Shown piece after piece: positions 57,978 to 64,000 of a DNA stretch of 64,000 nt. Positions within the stretch are counted from its first letter, which is position 1; every line of letters starts with the position of its first letter. The stretch is from a virus. Under the pieces are notes generated by a model. That model had not been told where the DNA came from. It worked only from the letters and a program-made list of their open reading frames with translations, and made no database searches. Position numbers and translations under genes: made by a program. The stretch covers positions 1 through 64,000 of the IMG/VR virus record IMGVR_UViG_3300032046_003126, one strand, 5' to 3'.

Positions 57978-58560
57978 TAAAAAAATTCAACGTAAACAAG
58001 ATCAAATTGAAGAAATAATAAAATGCGGAAAAGAACCTTCTTATTTTATTAAAAACTATGTTAAAATACCTCATCCAATGAGAGGACTTGTTCCTTTTGA
58101 GACATTCCCATATCAGGACGATTGTTTGGAAATGTTTCAATCTCACAGACTCGTTATCACTAATAAGTCTCGTCAGTTAGGGTTATCCACAATATCTGCC
58201 GCATATGCCCTGTGGATGTCTTTGTTTTATAAAGAAAAAAACATAATAGTAATTGCAACAAAATTGGAAACAGCAAAAGAATTTATCGTTAAAGTTAAAA
58301 CAATGCTTGATTCCCTACCACCATGGTTAGTTCTACCAAAACTAACAGGAGAGTCTGTTAGATATCTTAATTTTTCTAATGGTTCTAAAATAAAAGCAAT
58401 GTCTACATCAAAAGACGCAGGCCGTTCTCAGGCCGCATCCATAATTATTATAGATGAGTGTTTGGATGCTACTAGTAAGATAACTCTACGAAATAAACTG
58501 ACAGGCGAAATGAAAGAAATTTCAATTGTCGATTTGTTTAATGAAGAAATATATGAATAA
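57964..58560 (+). CDS. terL: Terminase large subunit, N-terminal fragment (165-aa extein + 33-aa IntN)
   Basis: EEIIKC..P.YFIKNYVKI.HP, FPYQ, KSRQLGLST, NGSKI, GRS, IIIDE, then intein block A. Confidence 0.92.
   Translation: MADSNKKIQRKQDQIEEIIKCGKEPSYFIKNYVKIPHPMRGLVPFETFPYQDDCLEMFQSHRLVITNKSRQLGLSTISAAYALWMSLFYKEKNIIVIATKLETAKEFIVKVKTMLDSLPPWLVLPKLTGESVRYLNFSNGSKIKAMSTSKDAGRSQAASIIIIDECLDATSKITLRNKLTGEMKEISIVDLFNEEIYE
58459..58557 (+). mobile_element. Atypically short N-intein (33 aa)
   Basis: CLDATSKITLRNKLTGEMKEISIVDLFNEEIYE-stop directly after Walker B DE. Confidence 0.88.
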
Positions 58561-58582
58561 AAAAATATATGTCTGTATGTTC

Positions 58583-58642
58583 TTTATAAGAAATTTTGTT
58601 ATGTTAACATTCTCACATGAATATTAAAATTATAGATGGAGA
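58583..58642 (+). promoter_or_regulatory. Putative promoter and RBS for the endonuclease gene
   Basis: TTTATA...TGtTAACAT extended -10 (58602-58610); GGAG SD before the ATG at 58646. Confidence 0.35.
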
Positions 58643-58645
58643 ATT

Positions 58646-60610
58646 ATGACCAAACAAAGAGAAATTTTATCAAACGGAATTCTTTTTAATTGTGAGTTAT
58701 GTGATAAAAAAGATATGAAATCAACAGGGTTTTCGAATCATGTTAATAGTATGCATGTGAAAAAAGAAAATATTTCTTCTTTAGAAGAATATTATAAGTT
58801 ATATATAAATTTAAAATGGGGCAATTCAAATAATTTATGTAAATTTTGTAATAAAGAAACAAAGTTTATGTCAATTTTCGAAGGATACTCAGAGTTTTGC
58901 TCGCATCAGTGTTCGGTGTCTACTACTGAACATAAAGAATTAATTAAAGTAAATTATAAAATTTCTATGTTGGAAAAATACGGAGTAGAACATTCAAGTA
59001 AACTTTCTGGATTTGGTGATAAGGTTAAAGCTACTAAGCTAAAAAAACATGGGGATGAAAATTTTAACAATATTGAAAAAGCAAAATTAACTAATCTGGG
59101 TCGCTATGGTGTAGAAAATTATGCTAAATCTAATGAATATGTTGAAAAAACAAAAGCAACATCACTGGAAAAATATGGTGTAGAACACTTTACACAAAAC
59201 GAAGAAGTTAAAAACAAAACAAAACTAACTAATTTAGATCGTTATGGTTTTGAAAATCCAATGAAAAACGTTGAAATATATAATAAATCAAAAGAAACTA
59301 ATTTAAAAAGATATGGCGTAAAACATGCTACTCAATATGAATTTTTTAGAAATAAAACAAAAAAAACTTTAATGGAAAAATATGGAGTTGACAGTCCTTT
59401 AAAATTATTTCATACAAGATTAAAATCAAAAACATCTATAAGAAAAAAGTTTGAAGATAATTTTAATTTTTTAGAACAAACTAAATTAAAACTATTAGAT
59501 TCAAATGAATTAAAATTTAAATGTCTTGTTTGTAACAATGATTTTATTTTTGAACCCGAAGGGGAATATAAATATTTATCTTCTAATTCTTCTACACCTT
59601 CAAGGTTTCCTCATTGTAAAATATGCAATCCCGTTGGAGCACGAGATGGTTCATCAATTCAAAAAGAAATTTATTCTTATATTTGTTCTTTTTTTGATAA
59701 AGAGAAAATTAAAATAAACGATAAAAGTATATTAAAAAACATAAACAAACAAGTTGATATTTATATAGAAAATAAAAATATTTCTTTTGAAATAAATGGT
59801 TTATATTGGCATTCTGAGATTGGCGGCAACAAAGGAAAAACATATCATGTTAATAAAACAAATTTATCAGAAGCAAAAAATATTAAATTAATTCATATTT
59901 TTGAAGATGAAATTAATGATAAAAATAAAATAATTAAATCAAAATTAGATTATCTATTAAATAATACAAAAAATTCTAAATCAATAGGCGCAAGAAAATG
60001 TGTTATTAAAAAAACAAATAAAAAAGAATACTTTGATTTTTATGAAAACAATCACTTACAAGGGAAAGTTATAGGAGGAAATATTTCATATGGTGCATTT
60101 TATAATAATGAACTTGTTGCCTGTATGACGTTTGGCCAAGAAAGAATTTCTTTAGGCAGCAAGAATCATACAAACAAAAACGAGTTTGAGTTGCTTAGAT
60201 TTTGTACAAAAATAGGATATGTAATTCCTGGTGTAGCGAGCAGGTTATTTAGTCGTTTTATAAAAGAAAATAATCCCAATAAAATCATATCTTATGCTGA
60301 TAGAAGATGGAGTAGTTCTATTAATAAAGACACCGTTTATCAAAAACTTGGTTTTACAGAGGTTCATAAATCTGAACCAAATTACTTTTATTTGCTTAAA
60401 GAAGATAATTATAGGAAAAGACATAACAGATATAAATTTAGAAAATCAGAACTAAATAGGTTATTATCTATATACGACCCAGCGTTATCAGAGTGGGAAA
60501 ATATGAAAAATAATGGACACGATAGAATCTGGGATTGTGGGACAATAAAATATGAGTGGAAAAACAAAACCGTACAAGAAAATATCGAATTGGGAAGTTC
60601 TAACTCCTAA
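58646..60610 (+). mobile_element. Free-standing homing-endonuclease-like gene: Zn fingers + 7 repeats + Vsr/EDxHD-like nuclease + GNAT/Mom-like C-terminal domain
   Basis: CELC..H..H, CKFC..FCS.QC; VDIYI...FEINGLYWHS...HIFEDE; GARKC, NHLQG, ELLRFC, GVASRLF, SYADRRWS, YQKLGF, IWDCG. Confidence 0.8.
58967..59400 (+). repeat. Seven ~23-aa tandem protein repeats (T-x-L-x-K/R-Y-G-V-E-x...K-x-K)
   Basis: MLEKYGVE, KLKKHGDE, NLGRYGVE, SLEKYGVE, NLDRYGFE, NLKRYGVK, LMEKYGVD. Confidence 0.85.
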
Positions 60611-60929
60611 AGGCTTTAAGTCATTTTCGGGTATTAAAAAAGTAAACAAAGAATATTCTTTAAAATTCACAACAGAATTTGACAAAGAAATAACCTGTTC
60701 TGGTGGTCATCAACTTTATGTAAAAAGAGAACTAGAAGGTCAAGAGTCTGAGGAAATGTTTTGTTTTGCTGATATGATTGAGCCTTATACAGATAAAATA
60801 AAAAACAAAGTTGGAGAATATGAAACTGTTATTGAGATAGAAAAAACAGAAAAAGAAATTGATTTATTTGATCTTGTTGATGTAGAAGATGGATATGAGT
60901 ATTACGCCAATGATTTATTAAGTCATAAT
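60552..60929 (+). mobile_element. C-intein (126 aa) of the split TerL intein
   Basis: VLTPKGFKSFSGI, block B CSGGH, block F LFDL.DV, block G LLSHN followed by +1 Cys. Confidence 0.9.
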
Positions 60930-62900
60930 TGTGCTCACATTGAGAACTTTTCTGAGTTGTGGACCGGCCTTCAGCCCACAATATCTTGTGTGACTGGTGA
61001 TACATTAATATTAACAGATAATGGATTTGAAAAAATAGAAGATTTTCATAAAACACATAATGTTGGAGATTATTTTAAACTAGAAATACCAATTTATGGA
61101 AAAAATGGAATGGAAAAAACGTCTCACGGATATGTTTCACCTGAATCAGATACCATTATTATAAGAACCAAACATGGACATGAAATAGAATGTACTCTAA
61201 AACATCCATTGTTTGTGTATCAAAATGGTAAAAATGATGGAGTGATGATCGAATCTCGAAATATTACGATAGGTAATAAGTTGAGAATTCAAACAGGAAT
61301 GAAGTGTTATGGAACCAATACTAAAAACATAACATTATTGGAGGCCAAAAACACAGCATTAAAATATTCCAAGTCATTAATTTTTGATGAAAATTTGGAT
61401 TTAGATAGTGATATCTTGACCGCAAATGAAATATTTGTAAAAAATTATTTAAAAGAACTTATCAAAATCTGTTGTGTGGAAACAATAGAAACCATAAATA
61501 AAAAAATATTTAAAATAGAAATTAAAAGTAAAGGTTTTATAAAAAAACTTAATTTACTTTTTCATAACGATGGATATAAATCATATATTTTAAAAGAAAA
61601 AGAAAAAATCTTTCTTTGTGTTCCATTTGAAGAAACGAAAGATAATTTTTATTGGGATGAAATTGTTTCTATTGATAAATCTAAAAATAAAACATATGAT
61701 TTTACAGTTCCAAAAACACATACTTTTTTACAAAACGGAATTTTAGGAAGCAACACAGGAGGCTCTGCTATTTTAATTTCTACTCCTTTGGGAATTGGAA
61801 ATCAATTCCATAGCATATGGGCAAAAGCAACAGATAAAAACTTTGACCCGGCCAATATTAAAACAAACGAAGAGGGTTCAAATAAGTTTTATGCGATAGA
61901 ATTACCATGGACAGTACATCCCGAAAGAGATCAAGAATGGTATGAATCGCAGTGTTCCGAGTTGGGAAATGATCCTCGTCGTATTTCCCAGGAACTTTTA
62001 TGTGCTTTTAATTCATCTGGTAACAATTTCATTGACAGTAAAATATTAGAATATTTAAAAACACAACTTAAAACTCCAATTGCGAGATATGGCAATGGCA
62101 ACGATATGAATATATGGGAATATGCAAAACCAGGCCATAAATATATAATCTCAGCTGACGTAGCTCGTGGAGATTCGGAAGATTTTTCAACAGCTTGGAT
62201 TATAGATGCAGACACTAATATCTGTGTAGCTGATTTTAAAAGCAAAATACCTCCTGATAGATTTGCAGAATTTTTAGTTGATATTGGAGAAAAATACAAC
62301 AAAGCATTTATTGTCAACGAGATTAATAGTGTCGGGGTAGCTACTTCTTTTGCGTTGAAGACATTAAAATATCAAAATTTATATTTTGAAAAACTCTTTA
62401 ATGGTTCAATTGAAAACAACTATACACAAGATATGATAGGAGACTTAATCCCAGGATTTAATACTAATGTTAAATCCAGAGTAGAAATAATGACAAAATT
62501 TGAGGCTGCAATAAGAAATAAAGAAATACAAGTATATTCTGATAGGCTTATTAAAGAACTCGAAACATTTATTTGGGATGGGAAAAAAGCAAAGGCTTTA
62601 AAAGGCTACAATGACGACTTAATAATGGCGTTAGCAATAGGAGTTAACTTTATCAATTGGGGGGCCGCTAGAAGCACGTATGACGATGGTGCAAGTATAA
62701 TGGCTATGATTCAAGGAATGTCAAAGAACTCTAGAACTCTAGAACAATTAACCAAACAACAATCAGAGCCCAATACAGTAGATTGGGGTAATATTGGCTT
62801 TGATCTGCCATCCAAGGGAAGTATTTATTCTAATTCTAATACTAAAAATAATATTTTTGTAGGAGGAACAAGAATTCCAAGTTGGATTAAACAAAGTTAA
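60552..62900 (+). CDS. terL: Terminase large subunit, C-terminal fragment (IntC + 19-aa extein + cis intein + 381-aa extein)
   Basis: CAHI...W...QPTIS|TGGSAILISTPLG.GN.F, LPW.VHP, QEL.CAF, ADVARG...DFS, V.E.N..G, NDDLIMA. Confidence 0.93.
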   Translation: MSGKTKPYKKISNWEVLTPKGFKSFSGIKKVNKEYSLKFTTEFDKEITCSGGHQLYVKRELEGQESEEMFCFADMIEPYTDKIKNKVGEYETVIEIEKTEKEIDLFDLVDVEDGYEYYANDLLSHNCAHIENFSELWTGLQPTISCVTGDTLILTDNGFEKIEDFHKTHNVGDYFKLEIPIYGKNGMEKTSHGYVSPESDTIIIRTKHGHEIECTLKHPLFVYQNGKNDGVMIESRNITIGNKLRIQTGMKCYGTNTKNITLLEAKNTALKYSKSLIFDENLDLDSDILTANEIFVKNYLKELIKICCVETIETINKKIFKIEIKSKGFIKKLNLLFHNDGYKSYILKEKEKIFLCVPFEETKDNFYWDEIVSIDKSKNKTYDFTVPKTHTFLQNGILGSNTGGSAILISTPLGIGNQFHSIWAKATDKNFDPANIKTNEEGSNKFYAIELPWTVHPERDQEWYESQCSELGNDPRRISQELLCAFNSSGNNFIDSKILEYLKTQLKTPIARYGNGNDMNIWEYAKPGHKYIISADVARGDSEDFSTAWIIDADTNICVADFKSKIPPDRFAEFLVDIGEKYNKAFIVNEINSVGVATSFALKTLKYQNLYFEKLFNGSIENNYTQDMIGDLIPGFNTNVKSRVEIMTKFEAAIRNKEIQVYSDRLIKELETFIWDGKKAKALKGYNDDLIMALAIGVNFINWGAARSTYDDGASIMAMIQGMSKNSRTLEQLTKQQSEPNTVDWGNIGFDLPSKGSIYSNSNTKNNIFVGGTRIPSWIKQS
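60987..61754 (+). mobile_element. Contiguous intein (256 aa) with degenerate endonuclease remnant
   Basis: Block A CVTGDTLILT, block B CTLKHP, block F TYDFTVPKTHTF, block G ILGSN followed by +1 Thr. Confidence 0.9.
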
Positions 62901-62914
62901 AAACAAACATGGTC

Positions 62915-62959
62915 TTGTAAAAGATTTTCGTTTACAACCTTGTGTTGGCGTGTTATACT
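62915..62959 (+). promoter_or_regulatory. Early-type promoter TTTACA-N17-TATACT (TG extended -10) overlapped by an inverted repeat TTGTAAA-N9-TTTACAA
   Basis: -35 at 62931-62936, -10 at 62954-62959, ATG at 62966. Confidence 0.65.
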
Positions 62960-62965
62960 TTGGAT

Positions 62966-63808
62966 ATGAAAAATCCAGTCATTTTAATGAGAGCTTCACT
63001 CGCAGAAGAAAAAGAATTACTCATAGCAAAAAAATATTTTGATGTGTATGAAAATCGATGTTCAATACCAGAAAATTCTCTAGTAATTCCTAGATTTTCA
63101 TATCTTCCATTTCCAAAAGAATTTGAAGAAGACATGAAATATAAAAATTGTGATGTTATAAACACATACAGACAACATCGTTATATAGCAGATTTATCTA
63201 ACTGGTATCAAGACCTTGAAGACATAACTCCAAAAACATGGTTTAGATTTGAAGATGTGCCCAAACACTGTGGGCCTGTTGTTTTAAAGGGAGAAACAAA
63301 TAGTAAAAAGTATTTTTGGCATACTCACATGTATGCTGAGAATTGGGATGCTGCAAATAAAGTATTTAGTAATTTAATGATGGATAGTTTAATTGGAGCA
63401 CAGAATATCTACATTAGAGAGTATGTGCCACTAAAAACATTTGATTATGATGTGACCGGCATTCCTATCACAGAAGAATATAGATTTTTCATATTAGATG
63501 GAAAAGTTGTAACGTCAGGATTTTATTGGTCTTCACATTGTGAATTATTAGAAAATAAGGAACTGAATATAAATCCTGATAATGTTCCGAAAGAATTCAT
63601 TCGGGATATTATCGACAGAGTTGGAAAAAATTCAAGATTTTTCGTTGTTGATGTAGCCAGAGCACAAACTCCTTATAATCCTTTATATAATCAACATGGT
63701 TTAGGAGAATGGATTGTTGTGGAGTTAAACGACGGCATGATGTCAGGAATATCAGAAAATGATCCAAATGTGTTGTATTCAAACATGAAAGATGTTTTAA
63801 CAAAATGA
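62966..63808 (+). CDS. ATP-grasp domain protein (DUF4343/R2K-like); start probably 62966
   Basis: TPKTW, VLKG, IREYV, EYRFFILDG, FFVVDVA, WIVVELNDG..SG. Confidence 0.7.
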   Translation: MKNPVILMRASLAEEKELLIAKKYFDVYENRCSIPENSLVIPRFSYLPFPKEFEEDMKYKNCDVINTYRQHRYIADLSNWYQDLEDITPKTWFRFEDVPKHCGPVVLKGETNSKKYFWHTHMYAENWDAANKVFSNLMMDSLIGAQNIYIREYVPLKTFDYDVTGIPITEEYRFFILDGKVVTSGFYWSSHCELLENKELNINPDNVPKEFIRDIIDRVGKNSRFFVVDVARAQTPYNPLYNQHGLGEWIVVELNDGMMSGISENDPNVLYSNMKDVLTK

Positions 63809-64000
63809 TAGGAAAAACACTAGATAAAGTTAATATAAAAGATATTCAAATTGGAATGAAAATAAAAGAAATAAAAACAAATAGAAAAGGTCTTATAACA
63901 AATAAAATAAGACCTTGTGATAGTTTTTGTGGAGGATGGGAAATAGGAATTGTGTTTGAATATGAACCCGAGAAACCCAAGAAGATTAAATCAATAGGTT
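63805..64000 (+). CDS. 3'-truncated hypothetical ORF (MIGKTLDKVNIKDIQIGMK...)
   Basis: ATGA overlap with the previous stop; open to the window end. Confidence 0.5.
   Translation, partial: MIGKTLDKVNIKDIQIGMKIKEIKTNRKGLITNKIRPCDSFCGGWEIGIVFEYEPEKPKKIKSIG

Noticed and set aside
58165-58191. Inactive Walker A in TerL (KSRQLGLST lacks the GKT lysine)
   Set aside because: Deviant Walker A forms with an upstream Lys are known in terminases, and all other motifs are intact.
25433-59717. Short nested + strand ORFs (25433, 37052, 53653, 59526)
   Set aside because: They are out of frame inside long conserved genes, with no RBS or motif support.
58561-60551. Group I intron interrupting terL
   Set aside because: No intron core is recognisable, the non-coding gap is only 85 nt and looks like a promoter plus RBS, and both halves have split-intein termini. 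Not formally excluded without RT-PCR.
1882-63803. All minus-strand ORFs in the track (for example 1882-2190, 2260-2634, 38169-38522, 55670-56002, 61931-62317)
   Set aside because: They are short antisense shadows lying within well-supported + strand genes and have no recognisable motifs.
1-64000. Stop-codon reassignment
   Set aside because: Genes are full length in the standard code, and TAG and TGA both end conserved genes (gmd TAG; many ATGA overlaps).
1-64000. tRNA, rRNA or CRISPR arrays
   Set aside because: Intergenic gaps are short and AT-rich, and I saw no cloverleaf or repeat-spacer pattern by eye; no scan was run.

Overview
This is a 64-kb segment of a very AT-rich large (jumbo-type) tailed phage with a T4-like core. 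All credible genes are on the + strand, tightly packed and read in the standard code. (1) About 0.8-21 kb is a soluble glycan-building cluster: roughly 9 glycosyltransferases including an ABO-like GT6, 2 SAM methyltransferases, a Gmd/ColD/ColC-type GDP-colitose route and a UDP-GlcNAc dehydratase/reductase pair, with a GMP reductase-like gene and a Cas4-like exonuclease near its start. (2) A gp55-like late sigma factor precedes a 22.5-51.3 kb contractile-tail baseplate/structural module with gp25-, J/gp6- and P2-I-like, LamG and FN3-like proteins. (3) The last part encodes a gp4-like nuclease, RuvC, primase, a fused Mre11-Rad50 and the terminase. Main highlights: the large terminase is a fractured gene, split inside its Walker B motif by an atypically split intein (33-aa IntN, 126-aa IntC). 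A Vsr-like/GNAT homing-endonuclease gene lies between the halves, a second cis intein follows only 19 residues later, and a degenerate terminase-ATPase paralogue sits just upstream. Gmd carries a LAGLIDADG intein that begins with Thr. An A_AAA_AAG slippery site could fuse gp4 to RuvC. A subset of virion proteins is strongly enriched in [ST]GS motifs that may be acceptor sites for the phage glycosylation machinery. All assignments come from manual motif recognition; no database searches were run.
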